64,000 nucleotides of DNA, from positions 3,038,001-3,102,000 of the forward strand of contig JBHGNT010000020.1 of assembly GCA_043228905.1 (NCBI GenBank), read 5' to 3'. Made by a program: the position numbers and the translations under genes. How positions within the stretch are numbered: position 1 is the stretch's first letter; every line of letters begins with the position of its first letter. The notes beneath the pieces were generated by a model. That model saw only the letters and a list, made by a program, of their open reading frames with translations, did no database searches and was not told where the DNA came from. Positions 24,674 through 38,200 of this stretch are shown piece after piece. The stretch comes from Azolla caroliniana. Lineage: Eukaryota; Plantae; Polypodiophyta.

Positions 24674-25046
24674 TCTATAAATAGGAAGAGCTAGGGCAAA
24701 CTGAGTGTGGTGTAGAACATAACGAAGTGTTGTATAGAGTCTAACAGAGTGAGAGAGAGAGAGGGGGGGGGGGGGGGGGGTTGTTGGCACACTGCTAAGA
24801 AACTTGCCAAGAACCTTAAGTGGGTATTCTCTGTTTTTTATTAGAGAGTTGTAACCTGTTCTTTCTCATGTACTTTCTATTCATATAGTGAGTGGAATAT
24901 TTGTTCTCGTGGTTTTTTTCCCTGTTTAGGGTTTTCCACGTAAAACACTGTGTACTGTGTATTTTCTGTTGTTTTCTGTTTCTGCATTGTACATTTCAAC
25001 AAATCCTTTCTCGAAGATCTACGGTTCTTGCGTTTCAAATATAACA
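24674..25046 (+). mobile_element. 3' half of a Copia-family LTR (TATA to end)
   Basis: TATAAATA..TAGGGCAAAC, GA/G tract, GGGTTTTCCACGTAAAAC motif shared with 4631-5824 and the element F LTR; ends ATAACA. Confidence 0.65.
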
Positions 25047-25416
25047 AGGACTTGTTATGCACACCATCATGTCATCATGTTGTAGATGACAAGGATAGAG
25101 TTGAATGGCTTAAAATATTGCCAATGTCCTACTTGGGCAAGAAGAGTCTACAAATGTTAGGGATGTTATATTGTGGTAGGAGGCATATTGTAAAGATGTG
25201 TTGTTTATGGGGGAATCTCACCTACTTTGCAAGGGGACTTGGTAAATGACTCTCTAAAAAGAAAACCTTTAGCCAATTAGTTAGGAGATGGTCTTGGAAG
25301 AAAGAATGGATACAAATAAATAAAACGACAACATCCAATCAATTGCCCATTACCCCATGTAGACGTCCATGTAGTGTAACCTATTACACAAGACATGTAG
25401 CACTAAAATTTCACCC

Positions 25417-25447
<31 letters not shown>

Positions 25448-25938
25448 ACCCTAAGAACCTTGCATCCGCTCACATTTCATCCTTGCTATATATGTTAAAC
25501 CCTTGAAACTCATTGATATCCTCAAGTTAGGCCACTAGAAATTATTATATGCTCATGCGCCACCACATCATATGAGCATATGACTTCCAACACTTCAGAT
25601 TGCTATATACGTTTGGTGGTCACAACATGAATATTTGTACCAAAAATCCTAAACCCCAATGTCAACTTTTTATCCCAACATGAACCCTAAGCGAAGATGC
25701 TTCTATTGTGAGTCGTGGCATTTGGTGGGGCTGGGTGGGAGAGGTTGGCTATAGCTTAACACATGCGAATTTGGCATAAAGCTAGAGCAACAAACAACAA
25801 CCCCCCTCCCAAAACCCAAGACCCATTTGGGAGTTGAGTATGGGTCGTTCTGCACCGCCAAGACAAATGGAGATGATCGGACAAGGGGGACTCTAGGATC
25901 AAGCCAGCATTAGGCGGTGATCAAATGGGATGGGATGG

Positions 25939-28900
25939 TGTAAAAGATTGCTTGCAGAAGCGTTAGAAAGAACAATACACAAGGAGAGAGAGAGAGAGAG
26001 AGAGAGAGCAAAACACACTATTTTTCAAAATTATATGAATACTCTGTGCTCTGTATCTACAACGCGCTCATCAGCGCTATTTATACAAGTCCACACGGGA
26101 TTGTTAGAAGTACGGTGTACTTCAATGCTCACACAAGCATCTGACACTAACTACGAGACTATAACTGCCTAGTAGTCTAACCTATACTAGGCTTCCTGGT
26201 TACGGATTGGATCCGGCATACCGGCTCCCCAGCTCACTGGTCCTTACTGCTTACCGGCTCGGTTGCTCACTGGCATACCGATTCATCTCGCTTATTCCGC
26301 CGATCCGGCTCCGGTTGAGCTTGCCGCTCAACACTCCCCCTCAAGCTCAACCTGAGGTAGGGTCGTAGTGTCAACCTCTGTGACAGCCGGTTCTTCCAAC
26401 CGACTTCTCCTGGCATCGCTTCGCCTTGCTCGAGCTCCTTGTCCGGTCCGGTCCCATTTGTCGCGACCCCTTTGGTTCTGCACGCCTCGACCTTCGGCAT
26501 GTCTGCTCAATAGGCCCATCTCAGCTCCTTCGCTGCTATGACTCCGGCGCTTGCCGATCCATCGGTTCCTCCGCGATGGCATCGACTTCCTTTGCGTCCG
26601 TGTCTCCTTGGCCTCTCGTTGATCCGACTCGTTCCAGCTCTTGTCCGAATCGGTATCCTCCGATTCGATTTTCGGCTTCAGGCCTCTCACCACATCAGAC
26701 CACGTCCGGGTCTTGGCCTTCTCCATGTTTCCCTTGGCTTCTTCAGCCGGTTCACCGACTTGTTCGGATGTGCCGACTTCCTTCGTCGACTTGGCTTCAT
26801 TTTTCTTCTTGTCTCCACCTCTACCGGTTCTTCTCTTACCTACGGGTTCAACAGTGTTTTTGCCTTTGCCCGTTTCGGTAGTGTCTTTGCCCTTGCGTCT
26901 CCCCCTCAAGTGCGGTACGTCGAGATGTTGAACACCAAGCATTTCGGTAAAGTGTTGCAACTTGTCCGACCCGAGCGGCTTGGTGAAGATGTCGGCAACT
27001 TGCCGATCCGTGTGAACATACCGTAGTTCAACTTCACCGCTCAGGACCCGCTCACGCACGAAGTGATAATGCACTTCTATGTGCTTTGTGCGAGCATGGA
27101 ATACAGGGTTCTTGGCGAGCTGCATGCTGCTGAGGTTATCGAAGTAGATCAGGATCAGGGTCAGTACCTCGATCCGCAGGTCTTGCAGTAGTCGCCGAAG
27201 CCAAATGGCTTCGCAGGTGGCAATAGTCGCGCCCTGGTATTCAGCTTCAGTGCTGGATAGAGCCAATGTTGGCTGCTTTTTGCTGCTCCACGCAACAGCC
27301 GCGCTCCCAAGAGAAAACATAAAGGCGGAAGTTGAGCGACGATCCGTTGCATCGTCAGCCCAGTCGGCATTCGTGTAGCCGACAAGCTATTCGGTTATAC
27401 CTTGCCGGTATAAGAGCCCCTGGTCCTTAGTGCCGCTTACATACCTCAGTATTCGTTGCGCGCACTGAAGGTGCTCCACGGTCGGCTTCTGCATGAATTG
27501 GCTTACCACTCCAACCGGATAGCTAATGTCGGGTCGGGTGATGGTCAAGTAGATCAGGCTTCCGACTATTTGTCGGAACCGTTTCTCACCGCAGGCTTGT
27601 CCGGAGTTGGGACGGATCTTCTGATTCCGGTCCAGGGGTGTGGGCATTCCGTCATGCCAAACTTGTACAGTATATTCAACACATAATGGCGTTGAGAAAG
27701 CAATATGCCGTCGGGGGTGCAGATCACCTCGATCCCCAAAAAATAATGAAGGTCCCCCAAGTCCTTCATATCAAATGCGTCCAACAACTGGGATTTGACA
27801 CGGTTGATTTCCGGAAGACCTGGGCCAGTGATGACTAAATCATCAACATAGAGTAAGATACATATCGGACCGTTTGAGCCTTGACGGATGAACAGGGAAG
27901 AGTCTGACTTAGAGGCAACAAAGCCCATCTTTTGCAACCGGTGCGTGATCTTAGCATTCCATGCACGGGGGGCTTGCTTCAGGCCGTACAACGACTTCCT
28001 CAGCCAGCATACCGCCGACTTGTTCACCTCCGACTGAAATCCGGGGGGCTGAGTCATAAAGACTTCTTCTTCAATATCTCCTTGAAGGAAGGCATTCTTC
28101 ACATCCATCTAATGAAGATGCCACCCCCTTGCCGCAGCAACCACCAGTACCACACGAACCGTCGTCATCTTCGCTACAGGAGCGAAGGTCTCGTCGTAGT
28201 TGATTCCGTGAGTCTACGCATATCACTTCGCCACTAACCGGGCCTTGTACCGGTTAACTGTACCGTCGGCATTGTACTTTACCTTGTACACCCACTTGCA
28301 TCCGATCAGTTTACAGTGACGGGGAGGGTCAACCAGGTCCCAAGTTTCGTTGGCATCCAGTGCCCGCATTTCTTCCTCCATAGCGGCACGCCAATTTGCG
28401 TCCTTTGCCACTTCTGCGTAGCTCTCCGGCTCACACACTTTCGCGACCTTGGTCATGTACGCATAATGATGCGCCATGTACTCGTTATACCCGTACCATT
28501 TAACGGGATCCTTCTGGCGGGTGGACCGGCATAACTCACCGTTACCCGGTATGAGACCTTTCTTGGCCGGTTCAGTCTTCGTTCCCGAAGATCTGCCTAT
28601 GTCCTTGCCGGAGTCAGATACGCACCGATCCGACTCATCATTGCCGGTCTCGAATTCCGGCATCTTCTGCTTCCCTTTCTCTTTGCGTGTGAACCGTCTC
28701 CTCGGTTCCTTGCGCGGGCAGAGCACAACAGAGTCTCCACTACTCGCTGTCTCATCATCCGACTGGTTGGACTGATCTAGTCTCTCATTCGGTCCGCTTA
28801 ACCGGAATGATTCCGGACTCTCATCTTGAGTTCCGGTTTCATCTTTCTCTACCTGGGCCGATTCGGGCTCACTAGCCCCATCCTCCGACATCGGGTTGGG

Positions 28901-31668
28901 ATCGGAAGTCGGAGTCGGTAAGGAATACCACGATGCCGATTCATCAAACTCGACATCTCGGCTGACTCGGACCTGATTCGTCCAGGGGTTATAACACTTA
29001 TACCCCTTTTGCTCTTGAGCATAGCCGACTAGGATGCATTTTTCCGATTTTGCATCTAGCTTTCTCCGCTTCTCATCCGGCACATGTACATAGGCTATGC
29101 TGCCGAATATCCGGAGGTGTCTCAAATTCGGCTTGCGCCCGAAATATAGCTCGTGAGCTGACACCTTGTCCCCGATCCGGTTCTGGATGTAAACGGGCGT
29201 TTGGACTGCCTCCGCCCAGTAGAACTTGGGCATGCTCTTTTCCTCCAACATTGGCCTAGTCACGTCAATCAGCGACCGATTCTTCCTTTCGGCCACACCG
29301 TTCTGTTGCGGTGTGTATCTGCAACTGAACTCTCGCCGAATTCCTTTTTGTTGCAGATAGCTATTGAATTGGCCGGAAAAGTACTCTTTTCCGCCATCCG
29401 ACCGTAGGCATTTGATCTTCCTCTCTGATTCCCGTTCCACCATCTTCTGGAGGCTCCGGAAACACTCAAAGACTTCGCTCTTCCGCTCAATGAGGTAGAT
29501 CCACGTATGCCGCGTGTAGTCATCGATGAAGGAGACGAAATATCGACTCCCGCCAATGCTAACATTTTGTGCCGGTCCCCACACATCCGAATGGATAAGA
29601 TCGAGCTTGTTATGGCTTCAATTTCTTTCGGTGGGGAATGGAAGCCGGTGTTGCTTCCCGAGTTGGCAGGCTTCACAAATCTGGGCTCTTCGGCCGCTAA
29701 ACTTCGGCAAACCGAAAACGACTTGTTCCGTTTGCAGGACTTGAAGCCTCCAGTAGTTGACGTGGCCGATCCGCTTGTGCCACAGGTCGATATCCAACTC
29801 GACCTTCTGTCCTTTGGCGAACAGTGCGGTGCCGACGTCATTGGTGTTGAGGATAAACATCCTCCCATCTCTGCGCCCTTGTGCAATAACTTCGCCCTCA
29901 TCCTCAATGAAGCACCCGAGGTGCGTAAACCGCACCTGCATCCCCTGGTCAACGATTTGTCCGACCGACACCAGGTTCTTCGTGATCGTCGGAACATGTA
30001 ATACATTCATCAGCTTCCCCCTCTGTCCGACGTGGCTCAAAGGGACTTCTCCGACGTGCACGATCGGGTGGGGAGTGTCGTCTCCGGTTTCGACAACTCT
30101 CGGTTGATCCGGCTTCTCCAAAAAGGAGAACCACTCCCCGTGGCTCGTCATGTGGTTCGATGCACCAGAGTCAACGTACCACACTTCCTCTGATTTGGAA
30201 GTGGTCTTCTTCATTGAGTTTGCCTTGTGCTTCATCACCAAGGTTGGCCCCTTACCGTTCTTGGATCCTCCCGATCCGTTTGCGTAGTGCGAGCTTTGTC
30301 GGCCTTCCTTGCCGGATCCGGATTTGTCCGAATCGGCACGCTTTCTCCAGCACTTGCTTTCCCTGTGGCCCTTTTTGCCACAGTACCAGCATTCCGTAGC
30401 GGATTTGTCATGCTAGCCTCCGGCACCACCTTGACTCCCTCTGCTTGTGGAAGTCCCGGAACTGCTGTCGGCACGCTCATTGTGCCTTCGTTCCTGCTCT
30501 TGCCGGCCGCCTCCATTGCGTGCCGACCTGCCTTGTCCACCACGCCCGCAAGATCGATCTGCTCCCGTGTACAACATCCGGTTGTCTGGGGATGCACTAG
30601 TAGATGCACTGGTGTGGTTCTCCTCTACCAGGAGCATCGACTGTAAGTCGAAAAATGAGGGCGTATTCTCCCTTGTACAAACCACAGTCTGGAAAGCTCC
30701 GAACTTGGACGCCATCTCGTCTTCCTCTACGGTGACGTTAATAGAGGCAAGCGAGTCACAGATCCCTTTGATCCGGTCTGTGTAATCTGCCACCAACATG
30801 TTCTTCTGTCGAACATTGCTCAACTCCTGTCTGAGTTGCAGCTTCCGGGCAGTGGTGCTTGCGGCGAAGACCTTTTTCAAGTTTCCCCAAGCATCCTTCG
30901 GTGTCTTGGCGTCACGGATATGGCTGAGCAGCTGGTCATTGACACTGGATGCGAAGCAGTACATCACCCTGCTTGCCGCCTGTTCCCACATTGGGAAGTC
31001 CTTGTGTGTCGTCTCCGGTGCTGAGTCGTTCACTCCGTCAACATAACTCCAGTAGCCATGCCCAAGCAGGTACTGGTGCATCTTGTATGACCAAGATGCG
31101 TAGTTGGTTCTGTCGAGCTTCTCCACCGAGAGCGACGTAGCCATACCTCTGTCCATTTCTCCTTTTGTGTCTGTTTTCCGATCTGTTAGGGTTTCCTTCA
31201 CAAGCGTAGATGTCTGCAGCAGAGGTTCTCAACCCACACGCTCTGATACCATGTAAAAGATTGCTTGCGGAAGCATTAGAAAGAACAGTACACAAGGAGA
31301 GAGAGAGAGAGTACGCGGGAGAGACAGAGAGAGAGAGAGAGAGCAAAACACACTATTTTTCAAAATTATATGAATACTCTGTGCTCTGTATCTACAACAC
31401 GCTCATCAACGCTATTTATACAAGTCCACACGGGACTGTTAGAAGTACGGTGTACTTCAATGCTCACACGAGCATCTGACACTAACTACGAGACTATAAC
31501 TACCTAGTAGTCTAACCTATACTAGGCTTCCTGGTTACGGATTGGATCCAGCATACCGACTCCCCAGCTCACCGGTCCTTACTGCTTACCGGATCGGTTG
31601 CTCACCGGCATACCGATTCATCTCGCTTATTCAGCCAATCCGGCTCTGGTTGAGCTTGCCGCTCAACA
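25939..31668 (-). mobile_element. Full-length Ty1/Copia element E (5.7 kb), mildly decayed
   Basis: LTRs 25939-26333 and 31252-31668; TSD GATGG (25934-25938 / 31669-31673); PBS 31240-31251; PPT from 26334. Confidence 0.96.
26328..31156 (-). pseudogene. Copia E gag-pol with C-terminal extension; several stops and frameshifts
   Basis: ORF pieces 30413-31201 (gag), 29618-30241 (protease), 28223-29584 (integrase), 27566-28108 (RT), 26328-27320 (RNase H plus extension ending VELEGEC). Confidence 0.93.
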
Positions 31669-32252
31669 GATGGGATCGGATAAGTTAGGATTGAATCGAA
31701 CCGGACCAGTCTCCACATTGAATGGGACCGGATCGGATGAAGGCGAGAATGAAAAGAAGGAAGATGGGATGGATGGATGGATAGATAACCCACCATCTAT
31801 CCATCCATCCAATGCCAATGGATGGGGATTGGTTAGATAGAGAATGTCTTCAGAACAGAGAGACAGAGAGAGAAAGACACACATCTGATCCACATATCCA
31901 ACAACAGAGAGAGCAGTCGTAGTCTGTAGATGCCTTCTTCAATTCCCTTTCCATACATATAATATGTCTGTATATATGTAGCTTGGCCTTTGCCTTTGTT
32001 GCTCCTTTCTTTCTTTCTTCTTCTTTTTGATTTGTATTGGATAGATCTCTCCATTCGCAGTGCAATGCAGGACCCCTCTACTTCTCGCCATGGAAGCTCA
32101 CTCACTCGTAGAGCTTCAAGATCAATGGAAGCTCACAGTTTAAAGCTTTGGTTTTAGTGGGTGTTTTTTTTTTTTTTTTGGCTTTGCTTTTCTTTTCTTT
32201 GCCACGACTGAGTATTCGGTGAAAGAAAAGAAAAGGACAATAGGTAAAAGAA

Positions 32253-35200
32253 ATGCAGAGTTCTAGCTGTGAATATGGGTCAGGTAAGCTTCTTCAAGTT
32301 GTACCTGCTGTAATATTTCCCTCCATTGTTTCATCAGAGCTAAGCCAGAAGAAGAAACCTTCTTCTTCTGTCGACACTGAAATCTCTATATCAGTGAAAG
32401 AAGCTCAATTGAGCTCAAAAACTCAGGTTTTGTTAACTAGAACAAAACCTCATGTATCAAAGAATGCTCTTTCAATGGCGATATATGGGGGCAATGAAGC
32501 TAAGCTATGGCATGCTTTTAACTGGTCAGTAAGATTCCATTGTGATAGGATTCCATTAGGGTTTTCTTGTGCGAGTCTCGAAGCATTTCGAAGAGAATAT
32601 GGTGATGGAAGAAAGGACAAAGAAAGAAGTGATGCTACTAATGAGAACAATAATGAAATGGCAAGTATAGAAGCAAAAAAGAGAGTTCTTATATTGATGA
32701 GTGATACTGGAGGTGGTCATCGAGCATCAGCTGAGGCTATTAAGGCTACGTTTGAGCTTGAATATGGTGACAAATATCAGGTATTTCTAAATTTACCATG
32801 CTTTCTCTTGTATATTATGCTGCTTTCCAGGTGCTTTTTCTTGTTTATTTGTCCATTTTGTTGCTTTTTTGTCATGCTATATCTTGTATAATATTTTTAT
32901 TTTCTAAATTCTTGTATAGTGTTGGCCTTATTCTGCTTTAGCATGTTTTTCCTTGGATGATATGTTGTTTTCCAGACTTCTTTTATTCTTCTTTAGCATG
33001 TGCTCTTTCCAGTATAATTTTTTTTATCTTCTAGGTTGTTTTGCCTACTTTAGCATGCTTTTTCTAATATATTATGTTGTTTTCTAGCAATTTTTTTCTT
33101 CATTAGCATGCCTTCTCTTGTATAAGAGGTTGTTTATCTAGGTATTTTGTACTTCTTTAGCATGCTTCTCTTGCATACTTCACGAACCATGAACCGGGTT
33201 TGTTACTATTGTTATCTAGGTCCTTTGTGTTTCTAGCGTGCTTCTTCTTATATACTATGTTGTTTTCAAGATACTTTTCCTTCTTTAGCATGTATTTTCT
33301 TGTATAATCCTAGGTCTTTTAGCTGCTTTACCATGTTTTTCGTTGCATAATATGCTGTTTTCTTGGCCCTTTTTTGTTTCTTTAGCATGGGGTATTCTCA
33401 CATGATATGGTGTTTTTCGGGTCTTGTTTTATTCTTTGCCATGCTTTTTCTCCTGAAATAATTTGTTTTCCATGCCCTCTACAGTAATGATTGTTTTCTT
33501 ACAACACTGGTATTTATGATAGCTGGTTAGGACAGGTCAACTAGACTTTGATTGGGAGTGACCTTATATCACGAGATCTAATAGTCAAAATATAGCCACT
33601 CTATTATTGGCATGGGGCTTGGTATAAAGATATTGGATTAGGAGGTGTATCACATCTGTTTTACCAACAATCTTGTTATGGGCATGCAATAATTCTTATT
33701 GCATTTGCAAGTGGTAATGACAACTCACTCTTGGAGAGTTATTTTTTCATCCTGATGTTGTGGGCTTTGTACATATAACCTTGGCAAGCCGATAGACTAG
33801 AGGTTCAGATGTCCATGGTTTTTCTTTGGGGTTACTTGATGGCTATCTATCGAAGCAGTTTCATAGTAATTTAAAGCGAAAATTCATTGATTTATTCATC
33901 GACTTGTCATTACCACTTTATCCGGTTAAGTATATCTCTCTTTTTCCAACAATCATTGGAGTGTAATAGTAGAAATAATAAGCATTTCTTTTAAAAGTTA
34001 CTGAAGTTCGTATCGATGTCAAAGTGAAATGTTATGAGTTCATCTCCAAGAATCGTTGGTCAGAGACAACAAATTGTTGTTATATAGTGACACAAACAAC
34101 GTTATGTGCATTTAGTGATGCTTGCAACTTGGGCTTGCAAGTTTTTGTGGTACTTGACATTCCATAGCGTGATGGCTTTAGTTTATGGAAATTCTCACGA
34201 ATTTCCTACTAGGGGTCGACACTAAGCCTAATCTCATTGATATAAAAATAGTGATTGTACTCATATCTAAAGCACCAAAGAATGCTGCGATCATCCATTA
34301 CCGGTCCTTCTCCTGAGTTGCATATATATCATAGAAGAAATACAAAACTTTCTTAAACTTGGTGAATTGTAATTTGTAATCAAATATAGAATAAGAAACG
34401 GGTTCAATCAGTCATGTTTACTGCATATATGGATTGTGGTATTGTATTATGTTACAGGTTACTATTACTGACCTATGGAGTGAGCACACACCATGGCCGT
34501 TCAATCAGCTTCCCAAAAGTTACAGCTTTTTGGTAAAGCACAACACATTGTGGAAGGCAACATTCCATGGGACAGCTCCACGCTTTGTGCATCAACCACA
34601 TTTTGCTTTTACATCTGTCTTTATTGCAAGGTAGTAGTATATGTCATTTTCACATATTTTAATTTTGTATGCTTAAACTTTTTTCTTGGAGTTGCCTGTT
34701 CTCTTATACTCAATGTTCTTGTGAACCATTTGGTTAATTGTGCATGTACATTTTCCATTGAATATGGAACATCACCCTACTTTTTTTTAGGGTAACTCTT
34801 AAATCTCATGGTATCCCTGACTTTGTTTTCCTACAGAAAAGTGATGCGAGGGCTTCTGAAGCATCGGCCCGATGTTATTGTGAGTGTCCATCCTTTGATG
34901 CAACATGTGCCTATAAGGATACTTAAAGCCAGAGGATTATTGAAGAAAATCCCATTCACAACTGTTATAACTGATCTGAGCACAGGACATCCAACATGGT
35001 TGGTTGATGTGCTAACTGCTAGGAAAAATTAGATCCTATGTGAGAAAAAGCCCAACAACATGACATGGCTATTTCTGGTGCAGGTTTCACAGGCTTGTGA
35101 CAAGATGCTATTGTCCAGCAAAAGAGGTATCTGAAAGGGCCTTAAAGGCAGGTTTAAAACCTTCCCAAATTCGTGTTTATGGATTGCCTATCCGGCCATC

Positions 35201-38200
35201 GTTCTGTAGAGCTATCCCACCTAAGGTAAAAAAAGAGGATGTTCACATTGTTATACTATCGTATCGACCATAATGCAATTTTTGTTTTTGTTCTGAATTC
35301 TGTTTCTAATATTACCTCTCCTGAGTTAAAGAAAATAAAAGATGTTCATTTTGTACCATCATGCAACTCTTTTTGTTTTTTCTTTGTTCGAAACTCTGTT
35401 TTTTTATACTATCTCTCTCGAGTTAGAAAGGAAAGATGTTCATTGTGCACCATCATATCTATCATCATGCAAGTTTTTGTTCTAAATTGTTTTTTCTCAC
35501 AAACAAAAAAACCTATGTATTACAAGTGGGCTCTATTTTAGTCAACACAATACCTGTTTGTGAAAAAAAGAAGTGTGCTTCCATATACCACACAAAATTA
35601 ATCTATTAGAATAGATTATTATTTTCTATTTTCATAGGACGTTGTTTCCTATACTGTTTAGAAATAAAAGAATGATTCCAATTTAGAAATGGGTTCTATC
35701 CCTGTTTCCTGATATCGTCTATTATACCGTATGCAAATTTTGACTGTTAATTAGCTCATATTTTCTGTGTATCTGCGGAAAGTGCTCAAAGGAGAGGTTG
35801 GAATGGATAATGCAGTTGTTTTCTCCTTTTTTTGTTTTATTTTCTTGAAGTGTTTGGTTCTTATATGATTGCAACAAAAGATAAAATAATGTATTATGAT
35901 TTATGAGTGGCTTCTTCTATTCCTCTTTTATGCTCTCCATCAACCATCATGCAAAAATTGAATGTTCATTTCATATTTCTAAATTTACCTGCATAAATTT
36001 CTCAGAAGAGAGGTTGAAATGAACGATATGATTGTTTTTTATGTTTTCCTTAAAGCATTTTGTTTCTTATCTTTCAAAAAAATAAAAGAGAAGAATTGCA
36101 TAACAATTGACAAATGGGTTTGAACTTTGGTTCATGTTCTCCATATATACTATGATGCAAATTTGATTTCATGTTCATTTGAGTACATATTTTTTGTACA
36201 CAGAAAATTCTCCGCAAAGAGCTGGGAATGGATGATGAACTTCCTGCTGTTCTTCTAATGGGAGGGGGAGAAGGGATGGGTCCAGTTGAATCCACTGCAC
36301 GGGCTCTTGGAGAGTCATTATATGATAAGCAATCAAGAAAGCCAATTGGGCAACTGGTAGTTATTTGTGGCAAGAACAAAAAGCTAATTAAAAAGCTTCA
36401 ATCCATTCAATGGTCTATGCCAGTTCATGTAAGTGATGACACTCTCTTTCAGTTTTTCCTCATATTTCAATTGTGCTTTTTATTGGATAGCATTATTTGA
36501 TTATCATTGCGGCTTTTGAACACTATATTTTTTGTAATGTAAGACTTTATTTGGTTTGTTATTTCCTGGATAATTCTCCCAAATAGTAGGTAATTCTTTT
36601 ATATAGTGCTAACCTATAAAAAAAATTCTACTTGCATGAGCTTCAGGATACCAACAAGATGCTTTCATATTTGAATCATGAGGCTTAGTTCAGTTTGTTC
36701 TTTTAATAGGCTCATAAATATAGAGTGGGTTTTCTTGAACTATGTGAAATTTCTTTATGCGATCTGAGTTGTTAAACTGTACAGACGCATTTGAAAGCAT
36801 GTTTAATAGAAATAGATTGACAGACTGGTTGTGGTTCTCAAGTTATCAGATTCGATCTTTGTAAATGTTCATGTATGCTGTGAAAGGACTTTATCTTACT
36901 TAGTAGTAAACAATTCCTCATGATTGAGTCTCCGGACCACAAGCTGAGAAGTGGCAGAAATTTCAACACTGTTGTTGGCATATGTATGAAACTCTATCAT
37001 TCACCCCCTATCCTATCCTCATCAACTCTATGTTAGCTCTCTAGTTAGTGACCATCATCATATACCACAAATAAAGCAGGAGTCCTCTTATAAGCAAGAG
37101 TCTTGAGATGGACTAAGGATCATTGTGGGGAACTTAATGAAGCCCGAAACAGGTTGATAAGGTAATATGGATGTTGTCTGGAGGATTGTAAAAATCAGTC
37201 TAGCTATAAATCTATTTGCCCATATTTGTTACATGTCCAAAAGAGAGTAATGTGGATCTAAAATGAATGGTTAAAGAAACATATGGTATAAAGTAGAGGC
37301 AGACAACTGGCAAGTGTACACTTGTTCACCCTGAATAACGGCCATTCTAATAATGTTCCTAATCTAGGTTCCATCTTCTACAACATGGACATAACTTATA
37401 ACACCCAATAATAAAAAAATGTGAATCATCTGGATAAAGTGAGGCAAGACTGTATAGGACACATGACGCGGTCTTACAATTTATATACCTTGTCTTCGGA
37501 TGCTGAATTTAGCCTGGGGGAGATGCTGGACAGTGTCAATTGTTGAGAGGTTTGTCTGACTCACATGTTCCTTGATGGTCTTTGTTGCTAGGGTATCCCT
37601 CAGTTATTTGTTTTGTATGATGACACTTAAGGGGCATGATCTTGACTCTTTATTGAGGTGCAGCATGCTACACGTTTGCAATCGTGTGTGTCGAAGATAT
37701 TTATCCGTCATCAGATATAGTATGTGGAAAAAGGACAATGGGCATCTCACTAAGGCTTATCATAACAAGCAATGTAATATGGACTTTTTGTTGTCTTATG
37801 TTTTTATGATTTCATTGTTCTTTCCATTAGGTGATGGGTTGTATTATTGACTCTTTTTTGAGTTTGAAGGCTTTTCCCAAATTGAATGAAAAGAAATATA
37901 GGTAGTCTCCTTGACTTTATTTCTGTATTTTGTAGATAAGGGGGTTCCAAACCAACATGGAAGAATGGATGGGAGCATGTGATTGTATCATCACCAAGGT
38001 AAGAACCTTGACAGGCTTCACCCACAGGACAATACTGTATCACATTTTGAATATTTCAATACTTATCTATAAGGTTTTGTGCTTTGCTAATCATTAAATT
38101 TGTTTTTCTATTAGATTTTGATTTTTGGTAATACTTACTTAATTCTTATCTGTAATAGGATTTTGGGCATTGTTAGCACTTAACCCATACATTGAGAAAT

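Noticed and set aside
24763-24780. G18 run as a functional G-quadruplex
   Set aside because: It lies at the position of the (GA)n microsatellite in sister LTRs, and homopolymer length is error-prone.
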